A stretch of 64,000 nucleotides of DNA from an uncultured Clostridia bacterium (GTDB lineage: Bacteria; Bacillota; Clostridia; Christensenellales; CAG-138). The DNA is taken from positions 43,912 to 107,911 of the forward strand of contig CALVWJ010000002.1 in NCBI GenBank assembly GCA_944366945.1, read 5' to 3'. The position numbers were made by a program, and so were the translations under genes. Under the pieces are notes generated by a model. The model had not been told where the DNA came from. It was given only the letters and a program-made list of their open reading frames with translations, and ran no database searches. Position 1 is the stretch's first letter. Every line of letters begins with the position of its first letter. Of this stretch, positions 48,889 to 58,580 are shown in pieces.

Positions 48889-49826
48889 CACTTGTCACCT
48901 CCACCTATGGAAATCCTTATCCGAGGATCTAAGAGGCCGAGCATCAGATCAGCCAATATATTGCAAATTACCGTCATAATAGAAATTAAGAAAATCAAGC
49001 ATTGCACGACATTGAAATCCTGGTTGATAATAGAGGTTATCATTAACCCGCCCATTCCAGGGATTACAAATATTTTTTCAATGATAATATAGCCCGAAAT
49101 CAGCCAGGGCAGCGATTGAAACACCTGGACGCAGATGATAATTAAGGAATTGCGAAGCACATGTTTACAACGAACGGCATTTTCGCGAAGCCCTTTTGCA
49201 TACGCTGTAAGGATATATTTTTCGCGCAAAACATCCAGCGCCTCGCTTTTGGTTAAACGCATCGTTGTGGCCAGCCCGCTTAAAACGCCGGCTGTGATCG
49301 GAAGAACATAGTGTTTCCATGTGCTAAAGCCGCTCAATGGGAACCACTGCCGTTCAACTGCAAATGCAATCATCAACAAAACGGAAATCCAAAATGATGG
49401 AACAGATGTCATAATCATCGAGGTAATCATTGCCGCTCTATCAAAGATGGTATCCTTTTTATAGGCGCATAGCAGGCCCAATGGAACAGCTACCGCATAT
49501 TGAATCAACGCAGTAATTACCGTTAAACGCAAGCTTACGGGAATCCTTTCTTCTACCAGATCCCATACGGGAAGCCGGTATTTGAACGATATGCCAAAGT
49601 CCTGTTCAACCGTTACGCCATACAGCCAATCAGCATACTGTACTAAAAGCGGGCGATCCAACCCATATTCTTTTTCAATCTCTTCCAGCCGCTCCAAGCT
49701 TGCTCCCTCGCCCGCCATCAACGTGACGGGACTTCCGGGCATCATATAAAGCATGCTGAATACCAAAAACGACACGCAAATTACCAAAACAATACCGAGC
49801 AGCAATTTTTTGACTACATATTGCAA
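48888..49826 (-). CDS. ABC transporter permease (OppB type)
   Basis: The product starts (M)QYVVKKLLLGIVLVICVSFLVF. The apparent TTG start lies 6 nt after AAGGGGGG. Confidence 0.88.
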   Translation of the reverse strand: MQYVVKKLLLGIVLVICVSFLVFSMLYMMPGSPVTLMAGEGASLERLEEIEKEYGLDRPLLVQYADWLYGVTVEQDFGISFKYRLPVWDLVEERIPVSLRLTVITALIQYAVAVPLGLLCAYKKDTIFDRAAMITSMIMTSVPSFWISVLLMIAFAVERQWFPLSGFSTWKHYVLPITAGVLSGLATTMRLTKSEALDVLREKYILTAYAKGLRENAVRCKHVLRNSLIIICVQVFQSLPWLISGYIIIEKIFVIPGMGGLMITSIINQDFNVVQCLIFLISIMTVICNILADLMLGLLDPRIRISIGGGDK

Positions 49827-49891
49827 GGCTATCCCCCCTTATTTCTGAATTGCGATTGTAATGATCCTAATTCCACATATTTGTTCGAATG

Positions 49892-50809
49892 CTATTCAGC
49901 TATATAGGTTTCATAGATTTCTTTGGAAAGCTGTGCCAAGTAGTTATCGCCATACCGCCCACGATCGTTTGAATCATAATCTTCTTTGCTTGCAAGGTTC
50001 CCATTATAGAACATGCAAAGGATATAGTCTCCCGCCGGGCCTGCATAGACAATGCCAATATCTACGTTGAGTTTGTCGAGCGATCCCGTTTTATGCGCAA
50101 CTACAATGCCGGGCGGCAACAGATGTGGAATACGCGAGTTGGTTTGGCATTGCTTCATTATATTGAGCATGCCTTCGCTGGCTTCACGGTTAACCCATTT
50201 TCCGCGATACAATAGTTCCAACATTTTCATCGCCTCGCATGGAGCCGTTTGATCGTTTTCATCTGTAATGCACTGATACCATTTGCTGTTATGATAACTT
50301 GGAGCGCGCCCTCCATTGTCTTCCCAAAGCTGTTGGAAATTCCTTCCGTTCATGCCATAGTAAACATCAATAAGCTTATTGCAACCCCAATCGCATTTGG
50401 TTTGAGACAGCCCCAAATAATCTATTACGTTATGCTTGATGTTTTCTCTGCCAAGAAAATTAAAAAGGAAATCCGTTGCGGTATTATCGGATATGATCAT
50501 CATAAGGGTCGCATAGTCCTTCAGCGTTAGGTTTAGACCGGCATCCAGCTGTTCCAGCACACCGCTGCCAATAGATTTAACGGCATCCGTCAACGGATAG
50601 CGATCATTTAGGCTGCACTCACCCGCATATGCCTTGCGATACAGTTCAGCAAGAATATAGATTTTATATGCGCTCGCCGTTGGGAACGGCTCATCCGCAT
50701 GAGCCAGAACAGTAGTTCCGGTTTTAAGGTCTTTAAATGCAACACCAAGCGGCGCACTCGTTCCGTTTTGATATTGCTTCACGATTTGTTTGATTTGCTC
50801 AATACGCAT
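49892..50809 (-). CDS. class-A beta-lactamase-related serine hydrolase
   Basis: The SxxK (SAYK), SDN (ISDNTA) and KTG (HKTGS) motifs appear in the canonical order. No signal peptide is obvious. Confidence 0.8.
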   Translation of the reverse strand: MRIEQIKQIVKQYQNGTSAPLGVAFKDLKTGTTVLAHADEPFPTASAYKIYILAELYRKAYAGECSLNDRYPLTDAVKSIGSGVLEQLDAGLNLTLKDYATLMMIISDNTATDFLFNFLGRENIKHNVIDYLGLSQTKCDWGCNKLIDVYYGMNGRNFQQLWEDNGGRAPSYHNSKWYQCITDENDQTAPCEAMKMLELLYRGKWVNREASEGMLNIMKQCQTNSRIPHLLPPGIVVAHKTGSLDKLNVDIGIVYAGPAGDYILCMFYNGNLASKEDYDSNDRGRYGDNYLAQLSKEIYETYIAE

Positions 50810-51146
50810 AATTTCTCTTATTCCTTTCGCTAGAATCCTCTAATGTGCCACGAATTAAATATCTTAAAAATCAGGGATATCTCGTTTTTTCTTAAATATT
50901 AACCAACTTGAATCCTTTTTGTTTGCTTAAGTTTTTTTCAATTATATACTCTTTCAGCAGTTCCAATCAAGCAACACAGCATACGCGCTTCTAGTACTAA
51001 GGAATTTTGAGCTTTGTTATAATCCATCAGTAGTCTTACAGCAAGTTCCCAGCAAGGGCTGTAATAGCTGAAATTCTGCGCTGATTCATGCTGCGTTTCA
51101 CCATCTCAGCTTACTTTCTTTTCATTTTGTGCGTTTTACAGAGCGC

Positions 51147-51998
51147 TCATTTGAATTTGTATAGCGCTGCATCGTCTCCAAACGTACCAGCAAGCGCTGT
51201 TCCTGTCACAAATGCCAGATACGCTTCTTTATAATCTTTTCCGTGATAGCGAACCACCGTTTCTCCTAAGCGCTCTGCATTGGGAGCTGCCATTGCTTTC
51301 CAGGCCTGTGCTTCTGCGCTGTAACGCACATCAATCTCCACAGCTCCTTCCACGGTCATGGGTTGAATTTTTTCTGTTTCGATTTCTTCGAGCGCCCGCT
51401 TCACTTCCGCTCTGATCATGCGCGCTGTAACGTTGGGATGAATACAACTCGCAGCCCCATTGCTAATGCATTCTTTTACAGCGACAGTATGAATTCCAAG
51501 GATATTCTGTTTTGCATCGGCAGTCACTATGTCATCACCAGAAATAAACACCACAGGGGTACCATAATAGCCGATCATATGGCCAATCAGTTCGTATTCG
51601 GAAATAATCTTCCCATTTAGCTTCATTTCTACCATTGAGCCATACGCATAACTATGGCTAATCACACCTTTGGACCCTTTGCGCGCGTGGTAGCCAATCA
51701 GCAAAGCTGCATCGAACCTTTTTTGGGCCCCTTCCGCCATAGTATAAGGGCGGTCTGCGCCCGAACAGAGCACAATCCGTTCGTCCAAATCGGTAATACG
51801 CAAGTTGTCGCCATTGTTGTGCGCATCGTTCACAAATACTGCATCCGCTCCTGCATCAAACGCTCCAGCTGCTGCAGCATTAATATCACACGCCATCAGT
51901 TTTCGTGCATAATCATACTCAGAATTGCCAGGCATCACTTGAGCCAGCTTGTAAATCCCCGATATGCCTTCCGCATCCATTGAAATATAAACTTTCAT
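51147..51998 (-). CDS. M55-family D-aminopeptidase (B. subtilis DppA type)
   Basis: MKVYISMDAEGISGI is the characteristic N-terminus. The product is 283 aa. Confidence 0.85.
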   Translation of the reverse strand: MKVYISMDAEGISGIYKLAQVMPGNSEYDYARKLMACDINAAAAGAFDAGADAVFVNDAHNNGDNLRITDLDERIVLCSGADRPYTMAEGAQKRFDAALLIGYHARKGSKGVISHSYAYGSMVEMKLNGKIISEYELIGHMIGYYGTPVVFISGDDIVTADAKQNILGIHTVAVKECISNGAASCIHPNVTARMIRAEVKRALEEIETEKIQPMTVEGAVEIDVRYSAEAQAWKAMAAPNAERLGETVVRYHGKDYKEAYLAFVTGTALAGTFGDDAALYKFK

Positions 51999-52213
51999 TC
52001 ACTGTTGCTCCTGCTTTATTTCCCGTTTGCTTGTTTCCCACTTTACTTTTTTGTTTAGGTAGCATCGAATTGAAGAACGCATTTAACTATATTTATTATA
52101 TTAGCATTTCAGAATGCTTTGCAATTGCATTTTGTGTTTTTCTGTTGAAACGCAATTGCATTTTATCCATAGTTTGTTTATGATAAATAAAATATAAAAG
52201 ATCGGGAGAAGCC

Positions 52214-53086
52214 ATGAGTCTTAGTTTTTATCGACAGTTTTTATTTCAAAGCAAAGGCAGCTATCATATTTATATTGGTGAAGGGTATTCTGGTTCAGTC
52301 GCCCCACAGCAGCATGAGTTTTATCATTGCACTTATATCACGGAAGGCCAGATCTTGGAAAACCAATTTGGAAAAGAGTTCCTCCAAAGTGCTGGAGAAT
52401 GCTTCTTTACACCAGCCGGCACAAATCACAGCTTGTATATCTTTGAAAACACGAAATACTTTTGTCTTTCTTTTTCGAAAAGTATCGCCGATATCCTATT
52501 TTCTTACTTTCAAAACTTGCGTCGGGATTTTTCCAATCTGCCGCCGATCATTAAATTGACAGAAAACATGCAGAATCGCTTATGCCTTTGCCTTCGTTGC
52601 CTGCTTGATGAACAAGAGTATGCCAGTGCTTCTGCATTCGGAACCGGGCAATTTCTTACCATTTCAGCTCTTATTATTATCCTCCGTGATTCTTACAGTG
52701 CGTGCTTTCCACCCATTCCTTTCCCAACCAATACGAAAGAAAACTATGCTGCCCAAATTCAGCGTTGCCTTCAACATATTGACACGAATTTTGACCATCC
52801 ATTAACTGTAGATGAGCTTGTTCAAATCAGCATGCTTTCAAAGAGTACCTTTTACAAGGCTTTTGAACAATATACTGGAATGTCAGCGAAGCAATATCTG
52901 GCAGAAACACGCATAAAACAGGCAATACAGCTTATGCGTATTAGCCACATCCCATTGAATGAAATTGCACGGCGTGTTGGATATGATGATTTTTCCACAT
53001 TTTATCGCAATTTCATCAGAATTAAAGGTGTCTCACCCGCGCAATACCGCAATGACTTCGTGCTGCCGGCATTGCAGCAGGAATGA
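52214..53086 (+). CDS. AraC-family transcriptional regulator
   Basis: A cupin-like N-terminal half is followed by a C-terminal double HTH (LSKSTFYKAFEQYTGMSAKQYL...IARRVGYDDFSTFYRNF). It is divergent from the peptidase/transporter operon. Confidence 0.9.
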   Translation: MSLSFYRQFLFQSKGSYHIYIGEGYSGSVAPQQHEFYHCTYITEGQILENQFGKEFLQSAGECFFTPAGTNHSLYIFENTKYFCLSFSKSIADILFSYFQNLRRDFSNLPPIIKLTENMQNRLCLCLRCLLDEQEYASASAFGTGQFLTISALIIILRDSYSACFPPIPFPTNTKENYAAQIQRCLQHIDTNFDHPLTVDELVQISMLSKSTFYKAFEQYTGMSAKQYLAETRIKQAIQLMRISHIPLNEIARRVGYDDFSTFYRNFIRIKGVSPAQYRNDFVLPALQQE

Positions 53087-53303
53087 TGTGCCCAACTCTA
53101 AATAGCGAACTTTTCAACCTGCATACAAGCAACCAATACGGCGTTGGGAACTACATTGTTATAGGTGGTGGTAATTGCTCAGTTCCAAAAGAGCTTGCTA
53201 ACTTCTCTGTAGCTTCAAAAGCTACATGTAAATAAGTTGTACTGCTTACAGCATATACAGCAAGGTGGCGCGTTGCTTGCTTTTTGTTTATATACAGACC
53301 AGC

Positions 53304-53845
53304 TCAATGCAATGCATAATTAATCCGCACCATATGCACATGGTCTTCCCAACGTCCGTTAATTTTAAGGTAATGCTTTGAAAGCCCTTCGTTTACAAAG
53401 TGGTTCTTTGCAAGCACCCTTAGGGATGCCGCATTTCTTGGCATCACATTGCCTTCGATGCGATGGAGCCCCAGCGTGTCGAAGGCATATTGTACCACCA
53501 TCTCCACCGCCATGGTCATATAGCCGCGGTTAATATAGGCTGCATCCAGCTTGTACCCCATAAAAGCGGAACAAAACGCTCCCCAAATCACATTGTTAAG
53601 CCCAATCATGCCTATGATTTTTCCCGATTCCCCAGCCGGCCTTATATAAAAGCGAAACGCTGTTTTTTCCCGCCAGGCGCTCACTTCCTTTTCCAAGATT
53701 TCCCTTTGATATGCTGCAGAAAAAATGCCTCGCTGCGTGCAGGTTCAAATGCTTCTAAAAACTCTCTGTTGCGCCGATAATACTCGGCCAGCTGCTCCGC
53801 AAGCGATGCATCCGCTGGAATAAGCTCAATGTATTCGTTTTGCAT
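53304..53845 (-). pseudogene. GNAT (RimJ/RimL-like) N-acetyltransferase interrupted by a frameshift in a T6 run
   Basis: Track ORFs 53681..53908 and 53304..53696 are two halves of one GNAT. The frames switch at GCATTTTTTCTGCAG (A-run 53720-53725 on plus). One extra T would give ...SEAFFSAAYQREILEKEVSAW... Confidence 0.75.
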
Positions 53846-53911
53846 GCTTTCTTTCCTTTCTAAAATCCAGCTTGCGCCAGTTCGCGTCCAAGCCGATGGC
53901 AATCGCATCCA

Positions 53912-54580
53912 CTATTTCCGAAATACGTGCACATCTCCAAGCAACTCGATTGTTCCATGATCGATTAGGATCGCGCCGGCGTTGTATGCGGTAGCATATA
54001 CGGTTTTTCCTCGTTCCGCAAGCACGCGCTCAATGGATGCGTTCTACTCTTCCGTGCCTTCATAATGAACCTCCAGATAAAAGCCGTGCAGATACGGGAT
54101 CCCTTTTTGATAGGTAAACCGGGGATAATCCGTATCGGGGGAAAGATGGTATTCTGCAAGCTGAACAAGCGCTCCTGCGCTATAGCCCATAGCGATCCCA
54201 TCATGCGCCAGCAAAACATCCTAAAGCTCCAGCGCATGGATCCGCTCCATCATCCGGTCTGGCAAGCCGCCGAGAAAGTAAACGATGTCCGCCATCTCCA
54301 CTGTCCGTGCTGCGGTTTCTTTGGTGTCCTTAAACCAATTTAGAAACGAAATGTTTTCTTCCTGTATGCCATAGGAGAGCAATCCGCCAGCGATGCTTCC
54401 ATAGTATTTCCCATTTTCTTTGCTGTAGAGCGCATCCCAATCCTCAAGATTCCGAACGCGGTTTTCCTTAAAGGAAAGCGCAACAACGGCAACCCGGGAA
54501 TTGGGCTTAATATACTTTTTAAGCGATCCATAAAGCCACCGCGCATCAATTTGTGTATTCTCAAGTAGTATGTTTATCAC
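53912..54580 (-). pseudogene. peptidase S51 (dipeptidase E-like) gene with two in-frame TAG codons
   Basis: One frame reads ...DIVYFLGGLPDRMMERIHALEL*DVLLAHDGIAMGYSAGALV...HYEGTEE*NASIERVL...VFRK*. The nucleophile motif GYSAGA is present. The in-frame TAGs lie at 54221-54223 and 54044-54046. A GTG start forms a GTGA overlap with the upstream gene. Confidence 0.7.
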
Positions 54581-55524
54581 TTTTGCACATCCTCCCAAAA
54601 ATCAAGCTGCGCTGCCTTAAGCGACACTGCATTCCGCCTGGAAACGCGATCCTCTGGTCCAGGCACGCTGCAAAGCAAAGCGGCTTTCGGATCATACGCG
54701 CTGCATTGGCGTTCCACGCGTGTTCCATTCAAGTTGGCATAACAATAAACACAACCATTCTTGCAGGTGTTATATGCGCCGATGTCTATGCTTTCCAGGC
54801 ACCCGCACGCAGCACGTTGATTTTTATCTTTTGCAGCGTTAAGCGTGCATTGCCCGATCCGTTCCAAGCGGCGTTTTTCGATGCACTGCGCCCGCGCGAT
54901 CCCAAAACGCGTTAGGTCGATCTCTTCTGCGCATACATCCAGAGCAATCGACCGCGCGCAGGCGATCTCGCTGAAGCAACCCATCAGCTCTTCTATCTGC
55001 GAATCATTCGGCGGGGCGATACCATATGGCGCAATGCTGCGCTGGATTTTCCTATACAAATCGATAAAGCTCACCGTACAGTTTTCCGTGTAACCCGAAA
55101 GCTGATCGCAAAGCCTTAGGAAACATGCTACATGACGCTGCACCGTATACGTTGAATTGATAAAGATGGGGTCATAGCGCCAAACAACCCGCTCTTTTCC
55201 AATCGCCGCAGACAGCTTTCGAAAGGTGGCAACAATTTCGTTCTTGGGCGGGAGCCTTTTTTCTATGTCCGCCCCGTATGGCGTTAAAGTAAACTGAAAG
55301 TAATAAGCATAGTCCTGCAGAGCATCCAGCCTCTTCAGCATAGGCGCCGGGTTCTTCGTCCAGAACACGATCCCGTCTACAACCTGCGGCGACAACGGCA
55401 CCCGGCTGACCGCATGTGGATGCATGGGGTTACGAACATCAACATACCCCGCTTGAAGGCGATTGCAAAACCATTCGGAATAGAAGCAAGGAATATCCGT
55501 TCTCCGACTTGCGCTTAGGATCAT
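54577..55524 (-). CDS. DUF1848-family protein
   Basis: MILSASRRTDIPCFYSEWFCNRLQAGYV...IVFWTKNP...YYFQFTLTPYG is the typical DUF1848 N-terminal pattern. An ATGA overlap links it to the upstream gene. Confidence 0.75.
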   Translation of the reverse strand: MILSASRRTDIPCFYSEWFCNRLQAGYVDVRNPMHPHAVSRVPLSPQVVDGIVFWTKNPAPMLKRLDALQDYAYYFQFTLTPYGADIEKRLPPKNEIVATFRKLSAAIGKERVVWRYDPIFINSTYTVQRHVACFLRLCDQLSGYTENCTVSFIDLYRKIQRSIAPYGIAPPNDSQIEELMGCFSEIACARSIALDVCAEEIDLTRFGIARAQCIEKRRLERIGQCTLNAAKDKNQRAACGCLESIDIGAYNTCKNGCVYCYANLNGTRVERQCSAYDPKAALLCSVPGPEDRVSRRNAVSLKAAQLDFWEDVQK

Positions 55525-56332
55525 GGCATCAATCTCCCGCCCATTTGCGCCATAAATCCATTTTTGCACACCCAGCGTTGGGACTGTTTGAGCCCCTCGG
55601 CCGTTTTTGTTTCCAAAACCACCCGGCATCCCGTTGCTTCCGCCAACGCTAAATATGCGTTTAGCTCCAACGCGCCGGAACCGAGCGCTAAATGGTCTTT
55701 CCCATCCTGTGCATCATGCACATGCATATGGCGCAGTTTACCTTTGTTTTGCATGATGAATGGTTCATCAAGGCCGCCGCAACTATGGTTGTGGCCAATA
55801 TCATAGGTTAGCCAAAAACAGGAGATTCCAGCAGCAGGCAGATCGCTTCTTTTTGAAAAGGAAGGAATCCATTGCTGTTTTCGATGCAGATCATGATACC
55901 AGAGTCGCCGATTGCCTCTTCGCACATCACCCGAAAGTCCAAAATGCTTTCCAAGTAACGATGGCGATAAGCGGAAAAGAGATACGTTTTCCCTTCTGGA
56001 AGCGTAAAATAGACGCCGCGCGGAAAATGCATTGTAAGAATGGGGATTTCGAGCGTTTTGCAGATTCCGATGGTCTCCCGCACAGTGCGCCGGTATCCTT
56101 CCGCGATGTACGGGTTAAAATCGCTTACGTTGAGGTTTTCATCAAGGTGAATCGTATAGCCGATTCCATATTGCGCAGCAATTCTTTTAAAATACGAAAC
56201 ATCAATTGCGTCCAATTGGTACTGAGGCAGGTTCATATTGAGCTCTACAAAACCCAGGCCAAGTTCCCTGCAAAGCGCTGCGCACGCCTCAAGCGTATTG
56301 GTTTCCAACAAAGTGGGCATTCCGAACTGCAT
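55521..56332 (-). pseudogene. sugar-phosphate isomerase/epimerase (xylose-isomerase-like TIM barrel) interrupted by a frameshift in a T5 run
   Basis: Track ORFs 55808..56332 and 55521..55925 are two halves. The switch occurs at CCTGTTTTTGGCTAACC (A-run 55814-55818 on plus). One extra T would give ...ESPVFWLTYDIGHNH... Confidence 0.7.
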
Positions 56333-57419
56333 TTATATCCCTCTCCAATTTCCGTTGGATGCGGCATTGCCGCAGCTTTTCCAAGGATTCTTTCATTTTT
56401 GAAAGCATCTAAACTATTCCTAATTTGCACCCAAGCATATAAGCACATTCTATCAGATCGCCCCTTTTCCTACAAGGTAGCTTAGTCCTTGTTGGTGCTT
56501 GCAATAGATGTTTGGCAGAAAACGCGCGCATTTGGCGGCCAAACTTGGCTCTCCTTATCCGTTTGGTCGTAAGTTGAACATAAACCATTGTCTGGAAGAT
56601 ACAGGTATCAAAAGAATATAGTTTCGTGATGCATCTATAGAATGATAGAATGAATTAGGGCGTTGGCGTTGCAATTAACAGCCAAATGCTCTGCCATCCA
56701 TGTGGAATCATTTGGGATACGATCAATGAAATGCCATACTATGATCTCTACAATTCCAGTTTACCGTGCTGCAAGTTCATTTTCCCTATTCCTTCGACGT
56801 GCTCAATACGCTTCTGCATCTTTAGCGTTTTAAAGCACTTTACGATGCAGCCTTTTCTTCGCCTCTGGAGCATCGCCGCATCTGCTTTTCCCATGCGATA
56901 AAACATGGGATATATCCTCCATCCGTCCCAAGGCATGAATGAAATTTCAGAAAACATATCATCCATAAATGCAAAATCAAAGCTGTTTCACCCATATTTC
57001 GCTATATTGATGAATCTTCTGACGTTTGCCACACTTTTCTCTTTTAGCGTCCCATTGTCCCCCTATGGTACCCCATATAATGTCGCAAAACATCCCCATG
57101 GTTGCTGCATTTAAAAAACATATCGCAAGCATCATTCCAGTCTTGTTTGAGGTATGTATGGCTTGATATCCCTAAACGAATTTCAGCCTTAGGAAACTTT
57201 TTAAAACTATATTGTTGTTTCTGTCCCTTTGTGGCACAAGATATGCGAATTAATAATTAACTGGATCAATGAAAGTCATGATTGCCACGCATTAAATTGC
57301 AGCATTCATGTAATGCTCTATTGTATATGGAGCATTACATTGGGGGCTTGATGAATGTGCTGTTTAAGCTTGCGGCATGGTTGATCTCAAAATGATGGAT
57401 TGGGTAGGGGGATATTATT

Positions 57420-57830
57420 ATGCAGCATACTATTTTAACAATCGTTGAAAATTTATGCGAATATCGTCAAGTGTGCGCAAAAGCCGCAATCATTGGAAAT
57501 ATGTTGCAAATGCAAAATGATTTTCCCTGCGGGCAGTACAATTACACAGCATTGAAGCAGCAGCACACTCAATTGCTTCACAAAAAAAGCATAATTGATT
57601 GTTGGTTGCAGTTGTTACCGGACGACGAGCGATTCGTGATACAGACTCACATGATCCAAGGGCTCGACTGGGCCAAAACACAAACTGAATACGATAAAGT
57701 TTGGGGGATTATGAATGGGCGCTCCGAGCGAACGCTCAAACGGATGCAGGCTAAGGCCATTCGGCGCATCGCAGCATGTATGAACCAAATCGAAGCGCTG
57801 GCTTGCTCTACGGACGTGGAGGTTAAATAG
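57420..57830 (+). CDS. sigma-70 region-4-like / ArpU-RinA-type putative transcriptional regulator
   Basis: The C-terminal half, LPDDERFVIQTHMIQGLDWAKTQTEY...SERTLKRMQAKAIRRIA, resembles region-4 HTH/phage late-regulator families. The assignment is tentative. Confidence 0.6.
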   Translation: MQHTILTIVENLCEYRQVCAKAAIIGNMLQMQNDFPCGQYNYTALKQQHTQLLHKKSIIDCWLQLLPDDERFVIQTHMIQGLDWAKTQTEYDKVWGIMNGRSERTLKRMQAKAIRRIAACMNQIEALACSTDVEVK

Positions 57831-57845
57831 GCAGCATTCCGTGCT

Positions 57846-57926
57846 CGTTAAGGTACTGGTGGTAGAGATCAACTTGCCCCATGCATCGTATGTATATTTT
57901 ACCACCTTCGCGCCGCTGCCGTCCAT
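57846..57926 (-). repeat. truncated copy of the RHS core-end repeat (remnant cassette)
   Basis: It encodes [29 protein letters not shown] and then loses homology. The rest of track ORF 57615..57926 is antisense to the regulator gene. Confidence 0.8.
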
Positions 57927-57988
57927 TAGCCCTCTATATGTGTTAAATAGCCGGCAGCCAGTTATCTGGCTGCCGGCCCTGGTGCATG

Positions 57989-58408
57989 TTATTTCTCTGC
58001 CATCTCCATACCATCGTCAGATTTGAGTAGAAGTGCAATGTCCACCGCAATTAACGCAGCAATCACGCCCACTAAGATATAAACAACGATGTCATAAACG
58101 ATTGAATCACTTCCAAATAATCGGATGCTGTTAATAATCACAGTTAACAGCAATAATGCTAAACTCCCCCAACAGTAAGTCTTATAGCAGATAGCCCAGC
58201 GCGTTGCGCATTCCTTGCCTCCCTGGAACAGCAAACGGTATAGTCGCAGCCATTCGCCAAATGAAATTACTGCAAAAAGGCTAAATTGAAGTCGTTCCAC
58301 AATTAAAGGCGGAAATAATAGCAAAGCTGTAAACAAAACATCGGCTACAATTCCTATTGAATTCCTACACGATCGAATCTCTGCTTTTAGCCGCTCGATT
58401 ACGGTCAT
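57989..58408 (-). CDS. 4-TM membrane protein, unknown function (immunity-like)
   Basis: The product is 139 aa. GGAGGAG precedes the ATG. It lies within the RHS cassette array. Confidence 0.65.
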   Translation of the reverse strand: MTVIERLKAEIRSCRNSIGIVADVLFTALLLFPPLIVERLQFSLFAVISFGEWLRLYRLLFQGGKECATRWAICYKTYCWGSLALLLLTVIINSIRLFGSDSIVYDIVVYILVGVIAALIAVDIALLLKSDDGMEMAEK

Positions 58409-58580
58409 GTTAATCTATCTCCTCCTTCCCCAATGCTGACCTTGACGCTACTTCCAACATTTTTGAGGCTATAGAGTTACAGCAACAACCGAAAGGGATT
58501 GTTTGCGCCCCATATGTTTGACACGATGCCTGCTGGAACATTGGAAACACTCCAGACGTAAAACCGAATGCGGTATGCCT

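Noticed and set aside
53965-54237. A 90-aa track ORF inside the S51 peptidase region.
   Set aside because: It is in the wrong frame. The frame continuing from 54221..54598 through the TAG codons gives the GYSAGA nucleophile motif and a sensible peptidase C-terminus.
57615-57926. A 103-aa minus-strand ORF starting [21 protein letters not shown].
   Set aside because: Only the first ~29 codons are RHS-derived. The rest is antisense to the plus-strand regulator gene, so this is a repeat stump rather than a gene.
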